A stretch of 63,767 nucleotides of DNA, filler included, from Octopus bimaculoides (lineage: Eukaryota): the NCBI RefSeq assembly GCF_001194135.2. It is 7 parts of 6 records of this genome, joined end to end, with 100 filler letters (N's around TTAATTAATTAA, not from the genome) between each part and the next. Parts side by side here need not be neighbours in the genome. Positions count along the whole stretch, not along the records: positions 1 to 18,068 come from NC_068981.1; 6 more parts are not named here. One strand, 5' to 3'. The number at the start of each line of letters is the position of its first letter. The first letter of the stretch is position 1. Below are positions 1 through 12,221 of the stretch, in pieces. The position numbers and the translations under genes are program-made. The notes under the pieces were generated by a model. The model did not search any database and was not told the origin of the DNA. It worked only from the letters and a program-made list of their open reading frames with translations.

Positions 1-131
1 GTACCTTAATCCCCTGAGATTGCAGATAATATTTCTGAATCTCTTTGATTCTTTAAATGTGCTGGCCCCCTGATAATTAATCGATATTAATTAATATATT
101 AATATATGACTAATTACCAGATCTTATAATA

Positions 132-194
132 TCTATCTATCTATAGATAGATAGATAGATAGATAGATAGATGGATAGATAGATAGATATAGAT

Positions 195-239
<45 letters not shown>

Positions 240-311
240 ACATATAATAGATATATGTAAACACAAACATACATCCACACACATATATATGTGTGTGTGT
301 ATGTATGTATG
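132..311. repeat. Compound microsatellite (TATC/GATA)n-(CA)n-(TG/TATG)n
   Basis: Direct reading of tandem units. Confidence 0.95.
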
Positions 312-1865
312 TATATGTTTTTCATCCGGAAAACGGCATTTATTTTCGAACTCACCAGATTAAAAAATATAACTGAGAGATAAATCCAACAGATGTTTAG
401 TTGGAATGGACAAGATACACTGAGTTTTATCTGCCAGGAAGAGGTAGCCCCTTTAACAGGGATACATGTTGCTATCTTGGAGGTATTTCGTCCATTTGGT
501 CTCCATCTAACACCTTGTGGTTCGAAGAATTACGCTGTTTGCATGCAATATCTGTGACACCCCAGTAAACCGCCTCGAGTGACGAACTAAAGCCGATCTG
601 AGAAGTTAATGGGTATGTAACTCTTAGTGAGTTAGGGTTTGCCTACCAACGCATGGGATGACTGGATCCGGCAGGCTCTGCGGAAGAAACTTTTATGGTT
701 CAGTGGAGAGGAGGCCAACTGCAGCAACGCATTGTGGAGTTCAGGGAGCGAGATTAGAAAGCAAGACATCCCCAGTTGTCTTGACCAGTTCTTGCCACTG
801 CATTAAAGATAGTGACATACGAGAGAGTAAGGTAGATGGTGTGCAACGCTTTCAACCAAAGTCACCGCGCAAGCTATCGGTCAGCGATTAGGGTAACTGG
901 ATGGTCCATGTCGCTCCAACGGAAGAACATGAGAAAGAGAAGGCAGGAGAAGATGTACCTGTGTGAGCACTCGGTTGTGTATGCGTATGAGTGTGTGAGG
1001 GTCAGTTTTGAATAAGATCGAAGCAGAAATTTTTCAAATAGTGGAAAAGTGTACAATCTATGAGTGTGTGTGCATACATATGCATATGTAAGCAGATATG
1101 TCTCACGCATTCCCTCCCCCCTCTCACTCTCCGTCTGTACATACATACATTCATTGATAGTTGATTATTCATTGGTTACCTTTTTTCTTAAAAGGGAGAG
1201 AATCATCTTTCCGGGTATCTATTTTTCGTCGTTAGTGAAGTAATCTTAATAAGTTAAATGGAGTGGATATAATCTTTATCAATTTGATGAAATTCATTTT
1301 CTCAATATTCGTACATTGAATTTCCATTTCAATTTCAATTCAATCTCTACAGTGCGAAATATTCATGGATCTGTTAATTACATTACAGGAGAAGAAAAAA
1401 ATTTTAGAAAAAAGACAGAAAAGATATGAGATGGAAGCACCTGACCAAGCGGAAGTCATTTTAATTCATAGTTTATTAGCTGTGTAGAAATCGAAGTAAA
1501 ATTAATTTTAAATTGCTGTATTTGTGGAGGTTGGTTAAAAACTGTTCCAATTTATTTTCTCCCCTCATGAAGTAATGGAGATTGCCATGGCAATAATTTC
1601 TCAGGCCGTTTGTCAGTTGCATTTTTGTAAGAGGAGATCTTTAATTATTCTAATTAAAGAGAAGATTTTAAATTTAAAGTGATGCATTCATCAGCAGTTC
1701 CCTCTCTGTACATGGCGTGCAGAAGTTCATCATATGCTCATAACCTAAGATGTGCATTTTCTGAAAGAAGATTGCCGTTGTTCGGTTAAATATATATGTA
1801 TCTATCGTCCCCATCGGCTACTCCTTGTTTCTGAATATATCTTAATTTGTAATTCCTCATTTTTG

Positions 1866-2210
1866 TCAGTACCTCTGAAGTCCAATTTTTGCGTAGACCA
1901 ATAGTTCACAGAAGATACACTTGATGGTCATAAACCTTGGCTGGAATTGATGGGTCGCCCGCTGTAACCGACTATGTTTCTCAGTATGTTTTACATTAGT
2001 CTTGATAATGTAACGCCACACTGTTTTGTCTTCTGCATGTTGCTCCTGAGATCTAGTGTCAATGTTGGTGCTCATCACCACTTATTTTAGTTGGCGTGTG
2101 TGGTGTCGCATGGGACATCCGCAAGATCCCATGCCGGAACTGAGTTCGCTGTAGAGGGTGTGACGTAGCAGTTGAGTATTTTTCATGCGATGGACCTGAT
2201 CTGCCTATCT
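1866..2210 (-). mobile_element. RTE (BovB-like) LINE, decayed ORF2 C-terminus
   Basis: Minus strand reads QVHRMKNTQLLRHTLYSELSSG...HAEDKTVWRYIIKTNVKH...KCIFCELLVYAKIGLQ. This resembles the RTE C-terminal pattern GHVxRM...LYxELxxG...DRxxWR...CxxC...IGL. Contains stops. Confidence 0.7.
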
Positions 2211-2601
2211 GGGGGGGGGGGGCGATGTTTCATGATGACAGCGTCAATGCTGTTGCCGTTGGCCCGTTCAAAAATGACAAGATTATCGACATAGTCATCG
2301 CATTTGATGTTCATAATTGCTCACTATTTTCGTTAACCAAACAATGGCGCCTAAAGAACATCAGGGTCAATAAGTCCCAGAAGAACCCTCATACTCCCAA
2401 GTCCGGCACGTGCTTCCTAAAGCTACCACATTTTGATGACTGAACTACTGCAGCGATACAACACTTAGTCCGCAGGGAAGGACTCGACATACAGATAGTG
2501 CACACCGGCCCATCCTTGAGAAAAGTTCAGTCCACGAACAACACCTTTCACCACTCCGAGGAGTGCACGTTATCGAAGTACCCCATCAATGACCCTGAAA
2601 T

Positions 2602-2889
2602 GTGCCAGAGGACCTATGTTGTTACGAGATCATCTGTGGCAAACATGGCGCATCCAACATAGGAAGCAGAACAAGAAAACTGCATATACGCATAAAAGAA
2701 AACATGGAGGCAGACACTTTCGTAAAGAAACATTTACGAAAATGCCAGACTCGGGAATTCACAGTACAGATCAGGGCAACACAGAGCAACAGGGACAACA
2801 TTAGAATCTCCGAGACCATCCTTATACATCAAAGGAAACCAACTGTCAAGAACAGAAGAGAGTTACAAGAAGCTAGCTGGTTACTATAG
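2602..2889 (+). pseudogene. GIY-YIG endonuclease remnant of PLE-1
   Basis: ORF track 95 aa: CCYEIICGKHGASNIGSRTRKLHIRIKEN...ETILIHQRKPTVKNRREL. Frameshifted relative to the upstream part. Confidence 0.75.
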
Positions 2890-2955
2890 CAACAACTTTC
2901 CACGCATGTCTTCTCCATACACTGACACACACGCACATCTGCAACATTCATTAAT

Positions 2956-2990
2956 TTCCTGAAGATGGGGTCATAACCCGAAATATTGAA
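2956..2990 (+). ncRNA. Minimal type I hammerhead ribozyme motif in PLE-1 3' region
   Basis: TTC-CTGAAGA-TG-GGGT CATA ACCC-GAAA-TATT-GAA: intact CUGANGA and GAAA boxes, 4-bp stem II, palindromic AATATT stem III, 3-bp stem I. Confidence 0.65.
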
Positions 2991-3103
2991 TGGAAGGCAA
3001 GTCTACGTTAATTCATTTACTTGTTTTCTTGTGATTTGCCTTGCATTTACTTCGCATTATTCTGGCCTTACCCATGATATATATATATATATATATATAT
3101 ATC

Positions 3104-3200
3104 GTGAACTATATTTGCCACCTAAATGTGGCTGACCCATATGGGAGGATGCTACTGTTGTTTATAGCCCCAGGATGACATCTCCTCCAGTTAGCTAACG
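3104..3200 (-). mobile_element. Retroelement-like 3' tail with GCCAC-N6-GTGGC stem-loop ending in (TA)n; same family as 48843-48941
   Basis: tatttgccacctaaatgtggctgaccc...ggatgctactgtt matches tattgccacttaagtgtggctgaccc and aacagtaacatcc at 48.85 kb. Confidence 0.5.
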
Positions 3201-3719
3201 ACACATCTCGCTCAGAGATTTATTGTTGCTACCCCCCCCACGCGCATATCTGCATATCCAACTTAAATGCGTTGTTATGAACGCCATAAGTTCTATACGA
3301 GAAGATTTCTCAGAAAACCCCCTTGTATAGATGTTACGCACTAAAGAAGCACAGATTACATCGGCAGACGAAAATTTCATCAGAACCAAGTTAAGTTGGG
3401 TGTGCAAATATACATTCATCACACAATCTGATATCGTCGGAAATAACTAATTTACACACAGCCCGCCATCTTTTACCGACGTCAATAACTGCTTAGTCAG
3501 TGTTGAACTATATCGGTTTCATGGACCTGACATTTGGTGGTGTTCGTCGTTGATGAGGCACAATTTACACTGAAATCTCGTGATACAACAGTCCCATCCA
3601 CCAGTGCTGATGAAATTTTCGGTCGCTGACGTAAGCTGTGTTTTTTTCTTTTTAACACTTAATGTCTATAGGAGTTAATTTTGGAAGACGATTATCGCAG
3701 CCTATATATATATATATAT

Positions 3720-4020
3720 ATATATTATTACAATTAAAAGGGTAAAAGATTATCAATTTATTAATAAATTAATAATTAATAATTTTTACCAAGCCCTTCG
3801 GTATGTAAGCACCATTATCGGTGTGGAACTTATTTAAAAGTTCTTATACATTTATAAACAAAATTAAGGGATCAGCAAACAGGTTGCTTCACCACATACC
3901 GAAGTTCAGAAATAGCAGCTAAAAATGCTGAAACTCCAACAGATAGCAGTTACCCGCAACTCACATAGGCAAAACAAGAAGAAAAATAACGAACTAAACT
4001 AGCCATAGTTAATCATAGAC
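3720..4020 (-). repeat. Dispersed repeat shared with 12024-12112, possibly a PLE pLTR fragment
   Basis: gcttcaccacataccga...agaaatagcag...cagatagcagttacccgcaact (3885-3960) versus gcttcaccacacaccga...agaaatagcag...cagacagtagtactcgcaact (12024-12112). Confidence 0.45.
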
Positions 4021-4737
4021 NNNNNNNNNNNNNNNNNNNNNNNNNNNNNNNNNNNNNNNNNNNNNNNNNNNNNNNNNNNNNNNNNNNNNNNNNNNNNNNN
4101 NNNNNNNNNNNNNNNNNNNNNNNNNNNNNNNNNNNNNNNNNNNNNNNNNNNNNNNNNNNNNNNNNNNNNNNNNNNNNNNNNNNNNNNNNNNNNNNNNNNN
4201 NNNNNNNNNNNNNNNNNNNNNNNNNNNNNNNNNNNNNNNNNNNNNNNNNNNNNNNNNNNNNNNNNNNNNNNNNNNNNNNNNNNNNNNNNNNNNNNNNNNN
4301 NNNNNNNNNNNNNNNNNNNNNNNNNNNNNNNNNNNNNNNNNNNNNNNNNNNNNNNNNNNNNNNNNNNNNNNNNNNNNNNNNNNNNNNNNNNNNNNNNNNN
4401 NNNNNNNNNNNNNNNNNNNNNNNNNNNNNNNNNNNNNNNNNNNNNNNNNNNNNNNNNNNNNNNNNNNNNNNNNNNNNNNNNNNNNNNNNNNNNNNNNNNN
4501 NNNNNNNNNNNNNNNNATATATATATATATACCTTCACAATTGCATTCCGACTTAAATAATTTTACTTTTGTGTCATTATGTACTAATATATCCTTAGAG
4601 TCTTACACACCCACATATATTGGAATGTAAAAGTTGTAAATTATATGGAAATATATTTCACAGTGTACAATTATTATCTGATATAGAAATCAATATATTG
4701 CGTAGAGAGAATACATAAGTTTATTATATCAACAACT

Positions 4738-4787
4738 GACAGAAATCTCATCTGAGTTTCGTCCTAGGCAGAACTTTCAAGGCTGTC
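4738..4787 (-). ncRNA. Hammerhead-like three-way junction with variant core
   Basis: Minus: GACAG-CCTTGAAA-GTTC TGCCTA GGAC-GAAA-CTCA GA TGAG ATTT-CTGTC. Three helices are formable but the CUGANGA box is imperfect. Confidence 0.35.
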
Positions 4788-4838
4788 GGGAACAGCTTAG
4801 CATGCATGCATGTATGTATGTGTGAGTGTGTATGTATG

Positions 4839-4869
<31 letters not shown>

Positions 4870-5896
4870 GCATGTATGCATGTATGCATGTATGCATGTG
4901 TGCATGTATGTATGTATGTATGTATGTATATATGTATATATATATANNNNNNNNNNNNNNNNNNNNNNNNNNNNNNNNNNNNNNNNNNNNNNNNNNNNNN
5001 NNNNNNNNNNNNNNNNNNNNNNNNNNNNNNNNNNNNNNNNNNNNNNNNNNNNNNNNNNNNNNNNNNNNNNNNNNNNNNNNNNNNNNNNNNNNNNNNNNNN
5101 NNNNNNNNNNNNNNNNNNNNNNNNNNNNNNNNNNNNNNNNNNNNNNNNNNNNNNNNNNNNNNNNNNNNNNNNNNNNNNNNNNNNNNNNNNNNNNNNNNNN
5201 NNNNNNNNNNNNNNNNNNNNNNNNNNNNNNNNNNNNNNNNNNNNNNNNNNNNNNNNNNNNNNNNNNNNNNNNNNNNNNNNNNNNNNNNNNNNNNNNNNNN
5301 NNNNNNNNNNNNNNNNNNNNNNNNNNNNNNNNNNNNNNNNNNNNNNNNNNNNNNNNNNNNNNNNNNNNNNNNNNNNNNNNNNNNNNNNNNNNNNNNNNNN
5401 NNNNNNNNNNNNNNNNNNNNNNNNNNNNNNNNNNNNNNNNNNNNNNNNNNNNNNNNNNNNNNNNNNNNNNNNNNNNNNNNNNNNNNNNNNNNNNNNNNNN
5501 NNNNNNNNNNNNNNNNNNNNNNNNNNNNNNNNNNNNNNNNNNNNNNNNNNNNNNNNNNNNNNNNNNNNNNNNNNNNNNNNNNNNNNNNNNNNNNNNNNNN
5601 NNNNNNNNNNNNNNNNNNNNNNNNNNNNNNNNNNNNNNNNNNNNNNNNNNNNNNNNNNNNNNNNNNNNNNNNNNNNNNNNNNNNNNNNNNNNNNNNNNNN
5701 NNNNNNNNNNNNNNNNNNNNNNNNNNNNNNNNNNNNNNNNNNNNNNNNNNNNNNNNNNNNNNNNNNNNNNNNNNNNNNNNNNNNNNNNNNNNNNNNNNNN
5801 NNNNNNNNNNNNNNNNNNNNNNNNNNNNNNNNNNNNNNNNNNNNNNNNNNNNNNNNNNNNNNNNNNNNNNNNNNNNNNNNNNNNNNNNTATATATC

Positions 5897-6124
5897 TTAT
5901 TTCTTTATTGCCCACAAGGGGCTAAACATAGAGGGGACAATCAAGGACAGACAAAGGGATTAAGTCGATGACATCGACCCAGTGCGTAACTGGTACTTAA
6001 TTTATCGACCCCGAAAGGATGAAAGGCAAAGTCGACTTCGGCGGAATTTGAACTCAGAACATAACGGCAGACGAAATACCGCTAAGCATTTTGCCCGGCG
6101 CGCTAACGTCTCTGCCAGCTCGCC
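5897..6124 (-). mobile_element. tRNA-derived SINE family A, near full-length, tail type 1 (...ccccttgtgggcaataaagaaataa)
   Basis: Minus: GGCGAGCTGGCAGA (A-box-like)...GAGTTCAAATTCC (B-box-like)...gaagtcgactttgcctttcatcctttcggggtcgataaattaagtaccag. More than 10 related copies occur in the window. Confidence 0.85.
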
Positions 6125-6132
6125 TTGATGGG

Positions 6133-6199
<67 letters not shown>

Positions 6200-6550
6200 A
6201 TCTATATATACGTATGTGCATTTGTGTTTGTATGTGTATGTGCGCGTGTATGTGTGAGAGTGTATGTATATGTGTGTGTGTGTGCGCGTGCATGTGCGTG
6301 CGTATGTACGTTTAGGCGTGCAAATCATTCCGTTACTTACTTGGGCGTGTAAAGTTTTGACTTTGTGTCATGGTCGGCGTCGTTGGTGTCACCCATCATC
6401 ATCATCTTTATCATCGCTGTCAATCGAAACAAAAATAAAATAGAATGCAATAAGTATAATAATGGTGAATTAGCGAAACATGTCGAATTCCCACCAGTTT
6501 CACTAGAGAATATAACTCCATGTAAATAACTTTAATGGATAAAATAGGTT

Positions 6551-7170
6551 AGTGGGGCGAAATGGGTAAGTGGGGGGTAAAATGAGTAAGTGGGACAAAA
6601 CGTGTAATTTCAGATTTCTTGTTATTTTCTTTAAAGCCATTACATTGCAAGTATTGCATCATTCTTTTGTACTGTTGTATCGTCTTTGGGAATAAAAATT
6701 GGTCAACATAGTTCTTGGAGATGTGAGAGTTTGAAACATAACTGACATTATTTTTTGAAAAAGTTTTCCTTAATTTTGACTCAGTTGTAGTTGAGGTGGC
6801 TAATAAAATACCTGGATAACTTTTTGAAGTTTAACAGTCAATATTATTTTCTCCGCTGGATTCCAAATCATTTTTCTCGACAGTAAGGTCTAATTTGATA
6901 ATTTTCAATTTTCAAAAAATGATGTCTAAACTGGGGCAAAATATCTCTCGTAAGCTGCATGGCGCAAAAATATATCAGGAAGAGAGTCCCTCCTGCAGAT
7001 CGTGAATAAGCTATAGAAATAATTTTATGCTGAATTTTTAGTCGTTAACTTCATGCTATTTTCCCACAACCCTCTATCGTTTGACATAGATATTTTAACT
7101 CTTTGTTCCATTTCTGATGTCTATAAGGATGGGTACCTTATTTTTTTGTCTTACTCATTTTGCTCCACCT
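6551..7170. mobile_element. Unclassified MITE-like DNA element
   Basis: Left end agtggggcgaaatgggtaag (three tandem variants) is complementary to right end cttactcattttgctccacct. AT-rich non-coding interior. Confidence 0.4.
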
Positions 7171-7304
7171 AAATTTGTTTTTTTGTTTACTCAATGAGAA
7201 CGGAGATAATTTTCTGAATATGTTATAGTGTTTTAAAAGCATTAGATAAGGTCATTTGCTTAGCTGACATAGTTTTTGTAAGGTAGTGAACATTTGCGAA
7301 AAAT

Positions 7305-7437
7305 ACATTTTCTCTATTGTTATATTTGGGGACGGTCATTTTTTTTATTTTGCCCAATAACCACGCGCACTATATACTCGTTCTTCACTTCAGCTTTATT
7401 ATTATTCTTATTATTTTCTCACTGTCAGAAATGCAGT
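7305..7437. repeat. Degenerate single arm of the 15.7-16.0 kb fold-back family
   Basis: atttggggacggtcattttt...cacgcgcactatatactcgttcttcact matches atttcgggttggtcattt...cacacgcactatatattcgttcttcact at 15680-15745. Confidence 0.65.
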
Positions 7438-7585
7438 AAATATCATTCATTGTGCCCCCCGACCATTAAATTATAGTAATACCGTTCTTTCCAAAACAGA
7501 AAAAAAATTTTTTTTTTAAAACAAGATCCATCAGTTAAACTGGCTCAGTAGATTTTTCTTTCATTATTAACAAGCCAAAAGACGG

Positions 7586-8425
7586 CAAGATGGCTGAATC
7601 ATTAGTACGCCGGGCAAAATACTTAGCAGTATTTCGTCCGACTTCACGTTTTGAGTTCAAATGCCACCGAGGTCGACTTTGTCTTTCATCCTTCCGGAGT
7701 CGATAAAATAAGTACCAGTTGAGTACTGGGGTCGATGTAATACACTTGCCTCGTCCCTCAAATTTCCTATAGTAGGAAGGACTATTAAGTCAGAAGGCGA
7801 TGAGCTGGCAGAATCATTTCGTCCGTCTTTACATTCTGAGTTCAAATTCCTCCAAAGTCGACTTTGCTTTCATCCTTTCGGAGATGATAAATTAAGTATC
7901 AGTCAAGTGCAGAGGTCAATGTAATCGACTATCCTTCTCTCCGCCACAAATTCCAGCCCTTGTGCCTATAGTAGAAAGGATTATTAACTCGTCATATATA
8001 AATGAGCGTGCTGATAGGTAGCGAACCGGCAGAATCGTTATCGTCCCCCCAAAACTGCTTATCGGGATTTCTTTCGGGTTTACATTCTGAGAGTAACGCC
8101 GAAGTCAAGTTTACCTTTTATCATTTCGGGGTCGATTTAATAAGTACCAGTCGAGCCAAGGGGTTGATGTTACCGACTAGCCCTCTCTCCCAAAATTTCA
8201 GGCTTATACTAATAGCAGAAACAATCGAGCCAGGCTATATTTCTTACCTAACTATTGATTTCAAATTTTGACACAAGGCGAGCAATTTCGAGGTGGGTGT
8301 AAGTCGATTACATCGACCCCAATGTTCAACTTGTATTTATTTTATTGCCCTCGAAAGGATGAAGGCATAGTCGACTTCGGTGCCATTTAAACTCAGAGCG
8401 TAAAGACGGACGAAATAACACTAAT
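7586..8425. mobile_element. Cluster of four SINE A copies: three tandem (+) at ~7586, ~7797, ~8015 and one inverted (-) at ~8255-8425
   Basis: Repeated gagttcaaat...gtcgactttg...tcatcctt...gtcgat...aagtaccag core; tail type 2 (...tgtgcctatagtagaaaggattatta). Confidence 0.8.
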
Positions 8426-10400
8426 TCTGACCTAAATATTCAAATGAAGTAACACTATTCCTTTCATATAATTATAAACATTTTGGAAAGTTAAAACGTT
8501 TGTTTTTTCGATTACTTTTTCTAGAGCATATACGAAGCTAGGTAGGAAAATACTATTGCATTAATGCATATATATATATATATATANNNNNNNNNNNNNN
8601 NNNNNNNNNNNNNNNNNNNNNNNNNNNNNNNNNNNNNNNNNNNNNNNNNNNNNNNNNNNNNNNNNNNNNNNNNNNNNNNNNTATATCTATATATATATAT
8701 ATATATATATACTCAAGCCATCGAGCTAACAGAATCTTTAGATCGCAGCAAAAACGCCTTACTCTACTTATTCCAGCTGTTTGATTTCTGAGCTGAAATC
8801 CAGCCGCGGTCAAGCCGTAAACTACTTTGTAGTTAAAACTTACTTCTTCCAACGACCTACAAAAGGTAGATAGGTTGGACGGTGATATTATATTAATATA
8901 TAGGTGACAACTAATCTTTTATTCGCCACAAAGCAATGCAAATACAAAAGATTACGATATTTGGGATTGTACAAGCACTCACGTTTGTCTATCTATACCA
9001 CACACACAAACACGCGCACACATATTGAGAAAAAGAAGGCAGTCAGAATTTTGGATTATTCTTTATTAGCGCGTCCGTTCGTTTATCGAACTCGTTGTCT
9101 TGAGGCATTCGGTAAACGAACGAAAGCATTAATAAAAAATTATCCAAAATTCTAATTGCCTCATTTTTCTGAATTTACGATATCTGTACATCACTTCAAA
9201 CGCTCTATACATACATACATACATAGATGTGTGTGTGTGTGTATACACAAGTATAGTATGTAGTAATGTCTGAAACTACTCCGATCTTTGAGCATTTATG
9301 AAAAATATATATTGTGGAGATATTAAAATATCTAGCCAATCTTTGGATGGATGAAGACATTATAGATTTATCATACAGTCGTTGGATTCGAAATGATGGG
9401 ATAAGAGGTGGGTTTGTTGGCAAGAAAATGAAAAAAGAGTTGACTCCAAGAAGAAGAAAAGAATTGGTGAAAATGCGTAGATATATATATATATATATAT
9501 ATATAAATATGTGTACCGAAAAACGAAAGAAAATATGGAAGATATGAATTTATGAATGTATTAAGATATTTTGAGCATCAAAAGAAAGGATGAATGTAAA
9601 TTATTGAGCATATAGGAGATGAAGGGAGTTTAAAATTTCTTTTAATGAATGGTAATAGAAAAAAAGTGTGCAAGATAGCTAAACCATAGAAAGTATATAA
9701 TTTAAAACATTAAAAATATACAAATGTAATATTAAAAATCTTTAATATAAAAAAAGACGTAGGTGGTGTATAAAGATCGTCGAATATTATTCAGAGGAAA
9801 ATCAAGCGATTTAATAGCTTCCGGTAGACAATTACAAAGCAATTGTTTATAAGTATGTTTGCCAGGACTTAAGTTTTGGTCTATCGTTTAATGCATTGTG
9901 TCTTGCATTAAAATGCAAACTTCTTTATGTACACTTTACAATACAAGTTTGATTCGAAGGATCCATGCGCATACAGTACAATATTTAATTCTAAATGCAG
10001 TTGTATTACTTCTTGTAAAGAAACAAATATACTTTGTAGTTAAACTTGTATAAAGCTCAAACATAATATTGTCACGTTGTTGCATTTTAGCATAACAAAT
10101 TAATGAATTGATTTTGTGGAGGCAATTGCTTTTGGCAGGCCAATTATTTGGAGGAATGAGACTACGTGTAAGGAAGACACAAACTTATTGATATTGCAGA
10201 GTGCTATTAAATCGAAATGGTTAAGTGGTCGAATAAAATTTTTACAGTAAATGTAGATAAGTTTGAATTTATGATTCGTCGCAAGTGGAAAGAAATTTAA
10301 ATTATGAATTATTTGGCAATGTTTACTTTTAAGCTAAAAGCTTGATTGCACCATAGCATATTTCGTCTTTTATTTTTCTGATTTGTAACAATCTGGAAGG

Positions 10401-10446
<46 letters not shown>

Positions 10447-11643
10447 TTATCTCAGACGCTATAATTACTGAAAGCCTCATTGAGAAACGTTGACGAACGT
10501 TATTTGAATACAGGTTAGTAACAGAATATTGGGCTGGTCATTAAAATTCATATTAAAGTAAAATAATTTTTAATTAGAATTTTTATGCAAGTATTTGTAT
10601 GTCAGTCTAAAGTGATATAAAAAATAACTGTACTAAGAATAGTATGAACTGCATTTCTCATGTCTATATCCCTAAAGAATTTCCAAAGATCTTTCCTTAT
10701 TTTCTATAATTCATGACCAAGTATACGGCTTGAGAAAAAGGACCAGCCATGTCTTCTACGGTTAGTAAGGTACAAAAATTTAAAAGAAAAATTTCTTAGA
10801 TGAAAATCCCGTTATATTTACTTTGTTCAGTTTATCGTTAACTTCCAAGGTAGACATTAAACAAATTGTCCAAATGCATCTAAAAACTGAAAATGAATTC
10901 TTTCGGAATAAGCTGCATCATATATATATACACATGAATTTAGTTAAAGATCGTACGGACTAAACGAATGAACTGATCATTCAAATTCATGCAGCAACGC
11001 TTCTGAATAGATAGTTTACAATTATCAACTCGCCAAACGTTTCAATTCCTATCTCAACAATTGGATTTTCGCTGAGATATTTTAACACATATCTCGGCTT
11101 CTTCCATTGAAAACTTCAAATAATTCATCTTTGTATTTGTAATTTTTCAAACTACTTCCTTTAAACAGTTTAACAGTCTTGCTTATGCGCACTTTACATC
11201 TCGTTTCTTTTTAAATTTAAAAATGCTTTTATCCCTTATAATTTACTTTTATTTTCATTGCCCTTTCTTTTGCAGCTATCGCTCTTTTCCTTTGTATTTG
11301 AATATTTACGCATGATTTAACGCTGGCGTATTTTTAAAGATCCTATCATTCTATTATTTCCAATACCCATATATATTTATATATTTACGAGTTTACACTG
11401 ATTTCTCTCTCTTACTTATCTCTTCTCTGTTGTAACCGTCAAATGCCACTCTCCTTTTCTTTGTTTTGTACACAACGCTTTTATGATCAAATATGAAGGT
11501 CTCTCATTTCCCTTATTTAATAAAAATTACCTTGCTATTTACATAACTCTCCTTCATGCCTTTTAACACGATTATTAGCTTCTACTTTCCATAATCGTCT
11601 GATCATCGGAACCGAGAAACCTGAAATACACAAACGCACCTGC

Positions 11644-11644
<1 letters not shown>

Positions 11645-11723
<79 letters not shown>
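11645..11723. repeat. (CA)n microsatellite
   Basis: Direct reading. Confidence 0.95.
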
Positions 11724-11726
<3 letters not shown>

Positions 11727-12055
11727 AGGTATTAGAATACACTCTGTAGTACTACCAAGAAGAAGGGGCACATCTCATATATTTGTAGAGCAAGCACTTA
11801 TTGTAGGAACTCCGAAGTTGAATATTTCACAGAGCTAACGGTTTAATCCTTGTCCAGGTACCTTCAAACGGCTGAAGAATTGAGAAATGGACTCTGTATA
11901 ACGTAGTGGGTTTGTCTTGTACGTGTTTTGGTTTCAAGTTGTGTGGAGCAGGTAGGTTTTTTCAAGGTTTCTTTGTAATTTCATTGCTTTCAGTCTGTTA
12001 ATGTAAGCTATGTAGAAAGAACTGCTTCACCACACACCGACAATTAGAAATAGCA

Positions 12056-12178
12056 GTCAAAACTACTATTTCACTACCAAAATATATCTCCCAGACAGTA
12101 GTACTCGCAACTTAACTGGGAGATATATTTTGGTAGTGTCTGAGAGATATATTTTGATAGTGAAATAGTAGTTTTGAC
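12056..12178. repeat. Inverted repeat, 39-bp arm, with a partly duplicated right arm
   Basis: gtcaaaactactatttcactaccaaaatatatctcccag, 21-nt spacer, ctgggagatatattttggtagtg, then tctgagagatatattttgatagtgaaatagtagttttgac. Confidence 0.9.
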
Positions 12179-12181
12179 ATG

Positions 12182-12221
<40 letters not shown>

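Larger units (their letters stand above)
2225..3075 (+). mobile_element. Penelope-like element 3' fragment (PLE-1): linker, GIY-YIG endonuclease, 3' pLTR
   Basis: FLKLPHFDD...DPEMCQRTYVV/YEIICGKHGASNIGSRTRKLHIRIKE matches the PLE GIY-YIG pattern VYxIxC...YIGxTxRxLxxRxxEH. A hammerhead-like motif follows the stop codon. Confidence 0.8.

Noticed and set aside
3104-3200. Possible HDV-like or twister fold in the GCCAC/GTGGC family
   Set aside because: A P4/J4-2-like end exists, but I could not find a P1 partner or the twister pseudoknots.
3794-3822. Minus-strand CCGATAA-TGGT...ACC-GAAG resembling a PLE hammerhead
   Set aside because: Three core mismatches and no cleavage triplet; too decayed to call.
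3999-5971. Long ORFs in the ORF track (here and at 12.2, 15.9, 18.8, 20.2, 22.0, 42.0, 48.9 kb)
   Set aside because: They are made of N runs and microsatellite translations (CV, HT, YI repeats).
9099-9130. CTTGAGG-CATTCG GTAAA CGAAC-GAAA-GCATT
   Set aside because: A hairpin and GAAA are present, but the 5' box and stem I are not supportable.
10130-10300. Very old CR1-like RT trace (LQ...W...NVDKF)
   Set aside because: Too degenerate to support by eye.
11599-11625. CTGATCA-TCGGAACCGA-GAAA
   Set aside because: G8 is replaced, and there is no stem III/NUH or stem I.
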